Position numbers and translations under genes: made by a program | The notes under the pieces: generated by a model | The model's input: only the letters and a program-made list of their open reading frames with translations | What the model was told of the DNA's origin: nothing | The model's database searches: none | Shown here: one piece after another, positions 34,214 through 45,900 of the stretch | Layout: every line of letters begins with the position of its first letter | How positions within the stretch are numbered: the stretch's first letter is position 1 | Source of the DNA: Rebecca billardiae RCC1528 | Taxonomy: Eukaryota; Protista; Haptophyta | DNA length: 64,000 nucleotides | Assembly (NCBI GenBank): GCA_965240325.2 | Contig: OZ251243.1 | Location: forward strand, 868,001 to 932,000 | Direction: 5' to 3'

Positions 34214-35648
34214 TTACGTCATGACGTGACGCTGGAAATGGGCGTCATGACGCGTCATAGCCCACCCCTGCTCCGAAGGCGCACCCACGAGATGCGGCTG
34301 GCACTTCTGCTTCTTCCATGCCGTCTTCTGCACGCGCCTGCAATGCGGACAGAAGTGATGCGTCCGGCACGTGCACGTCGCGGCCGAATCTGCGCCGCAC
34401 GCGCATGGCTCAGCCGAGTTGGCGCGCGCCCTCTCGCAGGCCTTGAAGGCGCGCTCGAGCGCATCGCGCTGGTCGACGTTCGCAGCTGCCGCGGCCTCGG
34501 TCTCGGCGCGCCGTGCCGCCTTCGCAGCGCGCTTTGCCTCGGCATCGGCGGCCGCCGTCACAGCCGCCTCATCGGCTGCCTCCTGGCCCTCGAGGAAGCA
34601 GACCAGCTCGGCCGAACCGAACTTCTCCTTGTTTGCGCGCTTCCGGCCGCCCTCGACCTTCTTGCCCACGACGTCGAACGGCAGCAGCGCCTCCGCCTCC
34701 TCGGCGTTGGGCATCTTGACCGTCGTCTCGTGCCACTTGATCTGAGCACGGAGGCTCTCGATCACCGTCTGCTGCTCGGAGAGACGGTGATGCAGGTCGA
34801 GCGTCGAGCCGGCACGGTGGGTGGAGGACACGGGCGTGTACTCGGCCGGGATGCCACCGGCGCCGTAGTCGATCGCGCGGCGCACCGCACCGCGGTGGCC
34901 GGCGCCCTCCGCGGCCGCGGGAGCAGCCTCGAACACGCGCTCGGGGTTGAGCAGCAGATCGGCGACCGCGAACTTGTCCTGCTGCATCAAGCCGATGTCG
35001 ACGCCGCTCGCGGTGATGCCGCAGCGCTTGAAGGCGCCGATGACGCTCTCTTTCTTACAGAAGCCCTCCCACGAGTGCCCAGGAAAAGGAGGAAGTCGCG
35101 CTTCGAGAGAGACTTCTTCGCGCCCTCGCCCGCGCCGCGTCGCCGCCCCTCCTCGGCCGAGTCGTCGCCCCCGTCGCCGTCGTCGTCGCTGCCGCCCTCA
35201 TCATCGTCGTCATCGCCGTCGCCGTCGACTGCGTCCTCGAGGTTGATCTCATCGTCGCCGAGATCGGCGCGCACCTCGCGCATGCGCTGCGCGAGCAGCT
35301 TCGACTGCTGGTAGCGCGCCCACTTCTTGGTACTCACCGAGCAGTAGTAGTGCAGCACCTGGTTGATCTGGTCGAGCGGCTGCGTCAGCCCCGTTGTGTC
35401 CGGCGGGCTGAGGTAGACGTGATGAAGGCGGGCCACCGATCCGAGCTGATCGCGCGGTCGACCGCGCCCTTCGCACGCCCCGCGTCTGCCTCATCGCGGC
35501 ACCACTTCAGCGCCGTGCGCAGCTGCCGCTGCTTCTCGTCGTGGTTGGACTTGTTGATGGCGTACTCCGCCTGGTTCCGGGGGTTGGCGATGCGCGCTGC
35601 TGGCGTCTTGCGCCGCTTGGCGGGCGACTCGTCGGTGCGCTTCACCAT
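34214..35648 (-). pseudogene. Deleted and frameshifted DDE_1 (pogo/CENP-B family) transposase
   Basis: YLSPPDTTGLTQPLD motif and AFKRCGI motif in different frames; basic N-terminus; Cys-rich C-terminus; most of the catalytic domain is missing. Confidence 0.8.
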
Positions 35649-35732
35649 GGCCACGCGCTTGTCCAGAAAACGGCATCGTCCAGAAATAGGCCATAGCACC
35701 TGTACCGCCTGCGTGGCTCATTCCTGGTGCTG

Positions 35733-37514
35733 ATGGCCGCGCGAGCAGGTCGAGGCACGGCCGTTCTCGCCGCGCTCTGCATCTCGTGGGGGCTGCACGG
35801 GGTCGCTGCCGCTGCCCCTAGGCCCACCAGGGACGACCCAGCAAAGCTCGCGGCGGACCCTGACGTGTACGACGCTCACCGCGCCCCGAAGGCATTCTAC
35901 TCCCTGCGGCAGCGGTACGTGTGCGTGCTAACCAGCGCCGTGCAGGCGTGGGCGCAGCTGATGACGGATTGCGACGCGTGCAAGTGGGTTCCCGACTACA
36001 TCACCAACTTCTCAAGCGCGCTTGCCGTCTCGCCTTCGCAGCTCTCGCAACGCCTGCTGACCTGGCGGGGGGGCAGAGTGCCGAATGCGACACAGCCCAG
36101 CGTCATCGCGTTCAGGTGCCCGAGCCGACTCGCGCCGCTCAGGGCGCTGATGAGCGCCGCGTCGCTGGCACGCATCGACGTGCGCATCGTCGCCGAGCTC
36201 GGCTCACCCACCGGCCAGACGCCCGTGCGGCTGAAGCACTTGGCGACGCTCCTGCGCCGCACGGAGCGCTCAGCGTTCGCGTGCGCGTGCTCCTTTCACG
36301 ACTCGTGCTGCGGCGTCGGTCAGGAGGTCGTGCTTTCGGGGAGCGAGCTGCTGAGCTTCATCCACCCGGCCACGCTCGCCTTTGCCCAGTCTGGCCGTTC
36401 GAAGCGCTGGCGCGAGCTCGCCCGCGGCGGCGACCCGACACGGCGCCTCCGGGGCAAGCGCCTCCGCGGCGAATCGTCGCGGCCGTGTCCGCTCGGCGCG
36501 CAGCGACCGCCTGGCTGGCCCGACGTCGCCACCGAGTGCGCCACCGCCGCGCGGGTGCAGCGCGAGAGCGCGCCGTGCTACAACGAGACGTTCCTGCGCC
36601 GCTTCCTCATGCCCAGCGGCTGGGAGCGCTACCGCCTTTCTGACTTCATCACGACGGACTTCCCCTGGCAGGGGCGCGAGTGCGGCAGCGTGTGCGCGGA
36701 GTTCAACGGCTCGCTGGCGGCCGAGTTCATCGTGGCGCAGCTCGAGTCGTGGCGCAACCGGAGCGCGCCGCTGTGGGCGGGTAACTGGTCCGACCACCGC
36801 GCGCTGTACCGGCTCGTGAGCCGCCGCCTGCCGCCCAAGGCCACCAACGCCGCCCGCCGCGCGGCCGCACAGCCGGCAGGCACCATCCACCTGCGCATCG
36901 GCGACGTGATCGACGAGGCCCCGGACTCGCTCGCGCAGATGCTGCGGCAGCAGACCTACTTCTATCAGTACGCGGGCCCGGCGGGGTGGAACGCGTACGT
37001 GCTGCCACTGCAGAGCTTGGACTGCGTGACAGACACGAATCTCACGCTCATGGCCGCGGCGCACGCCGGCGGCGTCGGGGAGCTGGAGCTCGGGGGCGGC
37101 CTGTTTGGCACGGCCGTCCAGGAGAGTGTGACCAAGTCGTGCCTGTATGTGCTCGCGCTCCGGCGCTACTTCGAGGCGCGCGGCGCCACCGTCGCGCTGC
37201 GGCTGGGGGGCAACCCCGACGACGACCTGGTGCACGCGCTGCACGCGGGCGAGCGCTTCTTCTACGGCGGCGGCGGCTTCAGCCTGAAGGTCTCCGAGAT
37301 CGCGTGCCTGCACGGGCAGGAGACAGTGAACCTCAACTCGGCGTGCTGCGACCGCCTAGCATACCGCTTCAGGCTCGGCGGCCAGGACGCGCGGCGGCCC
37401 GGCGGCGAGGAAGGGCCGGACGTGCGCAAGAGGTTATGCAGGCACAAGGTGCGGCTGAAGCTCTTCGGCGGGAGGACGGCGCCCCCAGCATGCCCAGCCC
37501 TGGGCTCGCCATGA
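35733..37514 (+). CDS. Secretory-pathway protein with GDP-fucose-binding (GT11/GT23-like fucosyltransferase) motifs
   Basis: Signal/anchor peptide; TIHLRIGDV (HxRxGD); NPDDDL...FFYGGGGFS. Confidence 0.6.
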   Translation: MAARAGRGTAVLAALCISWGLHGVAAAAPRPTRDDPAKLAADPDVYDAHRAPKAFYSLRQRYVCVLTSAVQAWAQLMTDCDACKWVPDYITNFSSALAVSPSQLSQRLLTWRGGRVPNATQPSVIAFRCPSRLAPLRALMSAASLARIDVRIVAELGSPTGQTPVRLKHLATLLRRTERSAFACACSFHDSCCGVGQEVVLSGSELLSFIHPATLAFAQSGRSKRWRELARGGDPTRRLRGKRLRGESSRPCPLGAQRPPGWPDVATECATAARVQRESAPCYNETFLRRFLMPSGWERYRLSDFITTDFPWQGRECGSVCAEFNGSLAAEFIVAQLESWRNRSAPLWAGNWSDHRALYRLVSRRLPPKATNAARRAAAQPAGTIHLRIGDVIDEAPDSLAQMLRQQTYFYQYAGPAGWNAYVLPLQSLDCVTDTNLTLMAAAHAGGVGELELGGGLFGTAVQESVTKSCLYVLALRRYFEARGATVALRLGGNPDDDLVHALHAGERFFYGGGGFSLKVSEIACLHGQETVNLNSACCDRLAYRFRLGGQDARRPGGEEGPDVRKRLCRHKVRLKLFGGRTAPPACPALGSP

Positions 37515-37577
37515 CGCCGCACGCGCATGACGCGCCACGTCTATTATTGCGGCCTACGCGTGTCCGGCGCGCACTAG

Positions 37578-37930
37578 TGTCGTGACTCGTGAGGTGTGTC
37601 TCGCGTGGCGGTCGTCGTTATTGATGGCGGGAATAAATTGGCGCGCGTCCGAGTCGCGTTCGATGGTCCCAGCGCGGCGCGATATGCCCAGCGGCAGCAG
37701 TTGATTTATGATTATTATCATCAGCTTCGCGCTCTCGTGTCGTGACCCGTGAGTGTGACGAGGTGTGTCTCGCGTGGCGGTCGTCGTTCTTATTATAATT
37801 ATTGGCGCGCGCATCCGAGCCGCGTTCGATGGTGCGAGCACGACGCGAGTCCCATCAGCGGCCAGCGGGCGCGGCGGCGTCAGCAGAGACTGCTCGCACT
37901 CATCAATCAGCATATTCATCATCAGCGCGC
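37578..37930. repeat. Degenerate two-copy tandem duplication (~160-190 bp) between convergent genes
   Basis: gaggtgtgtctcgcgtggcggtcgtcgtt...attggcgcgcg...cgcgttcgatggt occurs twice. Confidence 0.75.
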
Positions 37931-39900
37931 CGAGCCGCCGCCGGCTGTGGCGGTGCGCCTCGACAGGAATGCAAGCGGTGAGGAGCGGTGGCGCGTGACG
38001 GTACGCCGCGCGCGCGCCGCGTCGCGCGCCGCGGGCAGACTCGGTGGTGGCGGGATCGGTGGCGCGTCGTCGAGCTCGAACCGATCCTGGGCCTCCCGCA
38101 GCAGCGCGTCTTTGCCGAGCAGCAGCCCGCGCCGCTCCGCATCCACAGCGGCGGCTTCGTCCGCGGCGGCTTGGGTGTACTCTTCGTTGCCATCCGCCGG
38201 CTCGTACCATTCCACGTCGCAGAGCAGCTCGGCGTCGCCGTGGGAGTCCTCCGCCTCGGCCATTGCGTCGGCGAGTGTATATCCGCCGCCAGAGGGCAGC
38301 AGCGGCAGCGAGCCCGAGCTGGGGATCAGGCTGAGCCCTGGCGGGAGGGTGGGGACGGGGCGAACGGCGGACGGCCGCGGGCTGGGCGCGGACGCGGCCG
38401 CCTCGATCTGGGCACGGAGCTGCGCCTCGATGCGCCGCGTCTCCGCCTCCCTCCACGACTGGTCGGTGCGCTGCAGCTCCGTCTCATAGCTGCAGCCGGG
38501 GCAGTGACAAGGGCGAGCGTGTGCACACGCGCGAGCGTGGAGGGCGCGGCCGTGTGAGCGCACGGCCGCGGGCGCAGCGGTCCGACCGCGATCTCTCTCG
38601 CGCAGGCAGCCGATCGCGCGCGCACTCGCAGATGGCAGCTGCTCACGCGCAGCCGCGCCCTCTGCCATCGCCGGAGCGCGGTCGCGGGCGGTCGGTGCGC
38701 GCGCACACGCGGCCGCGCGCGCGCACCGCTTGACGAAGACGTCAAAATAGTAGCCGGCGCCGTTCCAGGTGAGGACGAGGAGCAGCCCGACCATGGCGAG
38801 CATGTGTGCGACGCGGCTCGTCGCGAGGTGCGCCGCGGGCAGCAGCGTCACCAGCGTGTACACCGCCTGCGTGCTCATGAACACGACCTTCGTTTTGGCG
38901 CTGTCTGCGTCGAACTGCTCGGAGCGGCCCATGAAGCGAGCGGCGCGGCACGCGCGCAGCACCGAGCGCGAAAACGGGCCGTAGGGTGGCTTGGCGAGCG
39001 TGCGGATCGAGGTCATCAGCGCCGGCTCGCGCCGCATCTCCTTCGCCAAGAGCACGTCCACCAGCACCACCTGCGCGCACACGTGCGCCGGGCGCATCGG
39101 GCGCGCAGCGGGGCGGCGCAGCGAGGCAGGCACGCAGCTGGTCCAATGTTGGCCGCCGCGAGCGCTGCTGCGCTCCCTGCCCGCCCATCCCACTGGGCAG
39201 GCGCTATCGGGCGGGCGAGGGCGGCACGGGCGGCGCAGGCACGCGTGCTCGCACGCACGTAGCCCAGCTGCCACGTCGCGTAGATCCCCAGCGCCGGCGC
39301 GAGCCACTCTGCAGTGCTCGCCTCGGCCGCGCGCCATCCCGGCTGCTCGGCCTCGCACTTGGGGTACCAGTGGATGCAGTGCATGACGCCCACCGGGAGG
39401 AGGTGGATGAAGGCCGAGGACATCTTGTCGACAGAGTGGAACACGAGCGAGTTGCGCCACGCGAGCACCGCCAGCCCGATCGGCCCAGTCGTGAGCGCGA
39501 AGAGAGCAAAGTGCAGCCGCCTGTCGCACGGGAGCACGTGCACGTGAAGCAGCAGCAGCGCCTGCACGAAGTAGCAGAAGTCGAGGAGAAAGTAGTGCAT
39601 GCGGCGGGCCGCGTACATCGAGTAGCGCAGCGCGAGGAGCGGGAAGATCGCGCACGTGTACAGCACGCCCATCCACTCGGGCGCGTCGAGGAAGACCCAC
39701 TGCGTGACCGAGCAGCCGACTACGCCGAGAAAGAAGGAGAATTTGTCGGCGATGCGGACGTGGACGGCGCGTGGGGCGCGGAGAGCGCGTACCGCCGCCT
39801 CGCGCCAGCGGCGCGCGGCCTCGCGGCCTGCGGCATGCCGCGGGCGCCACGCCGCGGGGGCCTGTGGCGACTTCGAAGGCGGGAGCACCGGGACGGGCAT
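37922..39900 (-). CDS. GPC1: Glycerophosphocholine acyltransferase (GPC1/DUF2838)
   Basis: DKFSFFLGV, HYFLLDFCY, WRNSLVFHSVDKMSSAFIH, WNGAGYY; introns 39071-39258 and 38490-38726. Confidence 0.88.
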
Positions 39901-40034
39901 ACTGTATGGGCTTCGTCCGCCGCCTCCGCCTTCCAGTCCGGACTCCGGACGAATCTTCCTGCTGGACAGATTTGACCGGGTCGTGAGGGCTAGAAAAACG
40001 CAAGCGACGCGCGCGCCGGCCGCCGCGCGCGAGG

Positions 40035-41507
40035 ATGTCGGCGGATGGGGCGTGCACGCACGACATGCTCATCCGCGGGCTGTGCGTCGCGTGTGGCGAG
40101 GACCTCTCCTCCGAGCGCATCGACGACGACGGCGCGGCAGACCCGGACGGTCGCGCCAAGCTGGGCGGCTCCGGGCTCGACCACGTCGTGCCGGGCTTGC
40201 AGATGCGCAACAAGGGGAAGTACGTCGAGGACGACGTGCACCGTATGCGCCAGACGCGCCAGCTCTACCTCATACTCGACCTGGACGAGACGCTGATCCA
40301 CACCGTGCGCGGCGGCCCGCCGCCGCCGCACGCGCGCATGATGCAGGCCGCGCCGCCGCGCGCGCGCGCGGCGGCGCCGGCGGCGGCGCCCGCCGCCGAG
40401 GCGCCCGCCGCCGCCGAGGCCGGCGAGATCGCACCCGCCGAGGCCTCGCCCCCGGCGGCGCCGGACGACGAGCCCGATGGCCGCACCGTCAAGATGTTTG
40501 TCGCGGCGACCGGGCAGGTAGTGATGATGCGGCCGCACGCTCGGCAGTTCCTCAAGGCAATGTCGGCGCTGGCGCAGATCTCGCTGTACACGATGGGCTC
40601 AGAGGAGTACGCGCGCGCAATCCTCGCTGTCCTCGACCCGTCGCGCACCATCTTCCGAGGCGGGCTCTGCGCCTGGGGCGACGGCGTCACGCGCACTCGC
40701 AAGAACCTTGACAGGCTGGTCGCGCACCGTGAGATGAGTCTTGTCGTGGACGACACCGCGGAGGTGTGGTCGCACGACTGGCGCTCGCTGCTGCCCGTGC
40801 CGCGGTGGACGGGCGAGCCGACGGACGACGCGCTGCTCCACGTCGCCGAGCACGTGCGCCGCGTCCACGCCCGCGTGTACGGCGCTACGGCCGCGGCGGC
40901 GCCCGTCGCGCCGCCGGATGCGCGCGACGTGCTGGCAGCGGTTCGGCCGCAGTTCCTCGCTGGCTGCGTCTTCAGCTTCAGCGGGCTGTTCCCGAGGGGC
41001 ACCGCGCTCGACGAGCACGTCGTGTGCCGGCTGGTGCGCGCGTGCGGCGGCGAGGTCGAGGACGAGCTCTCCGCGCGCACCACGCACCTCATCTTCCGGC
41101 GCGAGCGCACGGAGAAAATCCAGCGCGCCATGCGCATGCGCGAACTGGCGGGCCGGCCTGCCGTGCTGTGGGAAGCGTGGCTGCTCGCGTGCCTCAGCCT
41201 GTGGCAGCTGCTGCCCGAGGGGCACATGGCGCACCGCGCAGACGGCGCGCCGAGGCCCGCGGGTGCCACCGCGAACGGCACGGACGGTGCGGCGCCCAGC
41301 CACCCGGCTGGTGCGGCGGCAGTCCCCGCGGCTGCCGGCGGCGCCGCCGCCAACGGGGCCGCCAACGCCTCACTCTCAGCCAGGCCTGACGTGGCGGCGG
41401 CCGTCGCGACGAGCAGCGGTGCGAAGCGGCCCCGCGCTGCAGCTGAGGATCAGGATGGGCGCGTCGATGACGACGTGACGGGCGCGCGAGTATCACTAGC
41501 TGAGTAG
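40035..41507 (+). CDS. RNA polymerase II CTD phosphatase, FCP1/CPL3-4-like
   Basis: N-terminal CTH..GLCVACG; LILDLDETLIHT; YTMG..YA; VVDD; C-terminal BRCT domain (FSGLFP..GG..TTHLI..WL). Confidence 0.9.
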   Translation: MSADGACTHDMLIRGLCVACGEDLSSERIDDDGAADPDGRAKLGGSGLDHVVPGLQMRNKGKYVEDDVHRMRQTRQLYLILDLDETLIHTVRGGPPPPHARMMQAAPPRARAAAPAAAPAAEAPAAAEAGEIAPAEASPPAAPDDEPDGRTVKMFVAATGQVVMMRPHARQFLKAMSALAQISLYTMGSEEYARAILAVLDPSRTIFRGGLCAWGDGVTRTRKNLDRLVAHREMSLVVDDTAEVWSHDWRSLLPVPRWTGEPTDDALLHVAEHVRRVHARVYGATAAAAPVAPPDARDVLAAVRPQFLAGCVFSFSGLFPRGTALDEHVVCRLVRACGGEVEDELSARTTHLIFRRERTEKIQRAMRMRELAGRPAVLWEAWLLACLSLWQLLPEGHMAHRADGAPRPAGATANGTDGAAPSHPAGAAAVPAAAGGAAANGAANASLSARPDVAAAVATSSGAKRPRAAAEDQDGRVDDDVTGARVSLAE

Positions 41508-42149
41508 CTTCTGCTTATTATAATAGTTAAATAATTAATAATATTATAATATATATAGTACCATTATGGCAGACGAGCACGGGCCTCCGGCGCGGGCCGG
41601 GTTGCCACTCACTCACCCGTGTCCACCAGTCATCACCGCGTGACCCCTGACCGGTCGCGTGCACTGCCATTCGTCGCCAATAAGCTCACGCTGCTCTCGG
41701 ACGTGTGACACGTCATTGACGTTCGGTGCGACGACCGTCACCTTGCCGCGTGCGGACTCGGGCTCGGCGACTACTCTCATCAGTCTCGTCACTACTCGGA
41801 CTCGGTCTCGGAGTCGGACTACGCGGGACTCGGGACTCGGATCACACACATACTGCCGTCAGCCGTGGCACTGGCAGCCACTGCCACTGGACTCAGGACT
41901 GAGTGACTGAGCCACATCGCCTCTGAGCACGGCTCTCAGTCCGCGTCTCACGGACACGACGATTCAATCCTCGGTCAGTACCACTGTGCATGTTGTGACA
42001 CTGTGCCGCCGCTCAATGACGAAATGATCACTAGTACAGTAGCAGCTTTGAGACTGCGAGAGTAGTAGTACTGGGTCTGGTACTACTGTACTATCAGCCC
42101 GCTCCAGGCCTCGCCGAAATGTGATTCATCGAGGCCTCATTAGCCTGTA

Positions 42150-42761
42150 TGGAGCGCTCGTTGGAACTTGGCGGGGCTTGGAAGTTGACACCGCATTTCC
42201 CAGCGAAGTGCCCCATCTCGGCGGGGCTGGCACGGTCGGCACACGCTCCTGAGCGCTCGCTTCGCGGTGCGGCAGGCCTTGGGCAGCCCAGACAGACATG
42301 CCGCGACCGAATTACCGGGCCATGCGCGCACCACACCCGCGCCACATGGCCTGCGCGCTGGACGACTGAGAGGCATCGCCGAACCACTGCATTCCACTGC
42401 CCCGCATGCACCCCAAGTCACCTTCAGAGGGCGTCGACGAGCGCAGAGCGGGTGCGTGGGAGTTCGACCAACTCGTGTACCTTCTTGCTAGCACCAGCGG
42501 CGAGGTCGCAAGCCGAACATTGACCAGCCGTGGAACTTGAGCTGGTCGGCAGCAAAACCACCGTTTAACCCGGATCAAGTTAGCAGCGTGCGAGGACGGA
42601 GGAGGAGGCGCGGTGCGCGTCCGCGGCTGGCGAGAGGCGTCCGGACCGTGCCGTTCTCGGCCGCGCCCGCGCGCTTCCCGCCGCCGCTGGCCCCGTGTAC
42701 GCCCGTCGTCGCCCTCGCCGCGCGGGCGCCAAACCGGCGTCAAGTTCCAACGAGCGCTCCA
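42150..42761. mobile_element. MITE, ~610 bp
   Basis: 21-bp perfect TIR TGGAGCGCTCGTTGGAACTTG / CAAGTTCCAACGAGCGCTCCA with TA on both sides. Confidence 0.75.
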
Positions 42762-42771
42762 TACTACTGTG

Positions 42772-42872
42772 ATCTCGCCTGCCTGAGCTGACAGCTGTTT
42801 TAAAATTCCCCTTTATAACGGGCTCCGGGTGATCAGGCTGGCGGCCGAAGCCTCCAGCCCTACCCTGGCCAG
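42772..42872 (+). repeat. Dispersed ~100-bp hairpin-containing repeat, copy 2 (uninterrupted)
   Basis: Matches 15725-15860. Confidence 0.85.
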
Positions 42873-42951
42873 CCCCGTGCATATTCCTTTGCTGTGTGCG
42901 TCTCTTATTCTTAGTAAACTGTACGAACGTATATCTATTGGGTCGATCGTC

Positions 42952-45900
42952 ATGGCCGCTTGCAACACGGGCTCCCTCGCCGACGGTGGGCGGCGCCTGC
43001 CGCTGGTGCTACGCTCGTCCGTGCTTCTGCTCTACGCGACGGCGGCCGGGTGCGACGCGCCGAGGGCTGCCACGCCCGTGCGCGTGTGCGTGAGCCGCTC
43101 CGCGCCAGAGTTGGACTTTTTTTTCCGGCCGCACGACGAGGCGTCGCCCCTGCCATTGGCGCGGCAAGCGCGTGCCAGCGTGTTTGGCAGCGGCTCGGTC
43201 TCGTACGTCGCGCTCACCGACGCGCGCCGGCGACGCGGGCCTCGCGGCGAGGGCGACGCGTGCGACGTCGTGCTGCGATTCAGGAGCGGCGCCGGCGGCG
43301 ACGGCGCCGATGCCGCCACCGACGTCCCGCGCAGCTGGCGGGCGCGCACCGTGACTGTGCACGGGCCGGGGCGACGGGCGGGCACCCTGCGCGCAGCCAC
43401 CGATGCGTGCGACGTGCACGAGGCGCGAGCGACGCTCCGCTGGCCCTCGGCACTCGCGCCCCCGGCGGCCGGCCGGAACACCACTGCACGGCCCCGCCGG
43501 TGGCGGCGGCAGCGGCAGCTGCAGGGCGAGCGGAGTGATCAGACCGCAACTGGCATGCAGCAGGCCCCGTCACAGACACGGGCACGGGCGCGCAAGACGG
43601 AGAAGAAGCGCCCGTTCGTCGCGCGCTGCGTGAGCGCCGAGGGCGAGGAGCTCAAGGGCCCGTGGCTCTGCCCGACGCTGCCGCCGAGCGCCGACCGCAG
43701 CCAGCCCCCAGTCCCCATTCCTCTCGGCCCAGCCGGGTCCGGGCCGCGGCCGCTCGGTGCGGCAGACGCCATCGCCCTCTCGCCCGCCGAGCGGCGCTGC
43801 GTGTTCGTCGTGGCCCCGCTCGGCGCTGCGCACGCCGGCTCGGGCGGCGAGAGCGCGCGCGCCGCCGAGATTGCGGCCGAGATTGCGACGAGCCGGGCGG
43901 AGCAGCTCGCAGCCGAGATCGCGCGCGGTGGTTTGCTGGGCTGCGAGCAGTCAGCGCCGCGGCGGCGGCGACCACGGTCGGAGCCCGGCGGTGGGCGGCG
44001 TGCACCGGCCGGCGCGCCGCCAAGGCAGCTTCCGGGCTGCGAGCGCGCGGACGCGGATCTGCTCGCCGCGCGCAGCCCGCAGCGCGCGGACGCGCGCGCG
44101 TGCAGCATTGCTCAGGCTGCCTTCACCGTCCTGGACGTGTCCGCGCGGTCGCAGCCGGCGAGCGAGCCATCGGGCACACCGAGGCGACGCTCCCGCCACG
44201 CCGACGCCGCCGACGCTGCCGCGGATGACGTGGAGCCGGTGATCTGGGCAGCGGCTGAGGCGGCCTCGCTCCTCGTACTGATCACGGGCAACGACGACGA
44301 GCACGCAGACGCAGACGACGGCGCGCGCGCGTCGGCCACGTCACTCCGTGCCGTCAGGAGTGCGCGGCCGGACGGCAGTTCGCCCGCAGCGTCAGGCGCG
44401 ACGACGAGCGCGGCCGAGCGGCGCGCGCGCGGTAGCCGCGGCTCGGCGGCGGCGCGCGTGGCCTCCTGCGTCGCGCAGCCCCTCAATGCGTCGCACCCGC
44501 TGCCGCTGCTGCGCGTGCCCACGGCAGCCGCGGCGCGCGCGGCCATGCGCGAGCTGCTGCTCAGCCCAGACGTGGCGCGCGCGCGCGCGCACGCGGCGCG
44601 GGGATGGTACAACTCGCAGCTGTCGGAGGTGGCCTCGCGCGCCGAGCCGCTCTTGCGGTGGGCGGCGGAGCAGCCGGCGTGCACCGTGGCGACCCCGGCG
44701 TCGGACAGCCCCCGCCCCGCGCGCTCGGCGGCGGATGCGAGCGCGGCGACCGCACGCGATGCTTGGCCAGTGGCGGGCAGCGCCGTCCCCGCCGTGACTC
44801 TGGTCGAGGGCTCGAGCGCATGCGCCGACGGGCTGCAGTGGGACGCGCGCTCGCTCGCGGCGCGGCGCGCGCTGCTCCGCCGCGCGGCATCGGGCGGCCC
44901 CAACCTGCTCCCGAAGGCGCGCGCCACGGTGATCGGGATTGGCCACGGCACGACCGGAACGCGCGCGCTGCAGTCGGGCATGTGCTCTGCGGAGGTGACT
45001 GCGCTGCACTGGGGCTCGCACTGCGGGCGGTTCAGCGTGGGGGCGAACGCGGCGAACGCGAAGCTCTCGAAGCTGTGGAAGACGCTCATCCAGTGCGTGC
45101 ACTGCGCGGAGGAGACGCCTGCCACGCATGCGTTTGACCACTCGCCGTGGATGGACCCAACTCGGCTGCGCCAATGTGTCACGCTGCAGCGCAACGCCGA
45201 ATGCGCGGCGGCGCCGTGGTACGAGCGAGCGCAATCGGCGCTCAAGGAGCTGCTGGCCGCGGCCGCGAAGGAGGGCGAGTACGGCCTCGTGCTCGGGGAC
45301 AGCCCGTTCCCGCAGCTCGTGCCCGAGATCCTGCGGCTCGCGCCCGACTCCCTCTTCGTACACACGCTGCGCGCGCGCGAGCCGTGGGCGCAGAAGCGCG
45401 CGCGCCTGCACTCTAACGAGGTGATATGCCGCGACGCGCCGCGCGGCTCCGCGGCCGCGGGCGGCGCGGGTGTTGCGGGCGCGGAGGAGCCGCGGGCGCG
45501 CGGCGAGAGCGCGAGCCTCTTCATTGGCGAGTGCGTGCGCGCGCTGCCGCCGGGGGCACACCTCGCCGACGCGGTGGGCGTGGCCACGAGGCAGGTGCAT
45601 GGGGCGCTGCTCGAGGCCGCGCTTGGCCACGCCGAGCTGGGACACGCATTCGCCGAGTTCAACACGGCGGTGCAGGCGCTGATGGCGCGCACGGCGGAGG
45701 AGCGCGGCGGCGTGCGGTACTGGCAGCTCTGCCCGTTTGACGAGACCTCTCTGATCCCGCACGGCTTTTGGAACCGCGAGCGCGCGCTCCCGCCGCCGAT
45801 CGCGCTGGGCAACAGCTCGGCTGAGCACGCGCAGCAGCTGAGTGTGTATGACGGCGGCTGTTCCTACGAGCGCACGGTGGCGGAGATGAGCGGGCGCATG

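Larger units (their letters stand above)
32900..35702 (-). mobile_element. pogo/Fot1-type Tc1/mariner transposon, defective
   Basis: Perfect 26-bp TIRs CAGGTGCTATGGCCTATTTCTGGACG (32900-32925 and 35677-35702) with TA on both sides; transposase relic inside. Confidence 0.92.

Noticed and set aside
42081-42770. Mutator-like element with a 9-bp TSD TACTACTGT
   Set aside because: The left copy lies 60 bp outside the TIR in a TAC/TAG-rich tract. TA-flanked MITE boundaries are simpler, though the alternative is not fully excluded.
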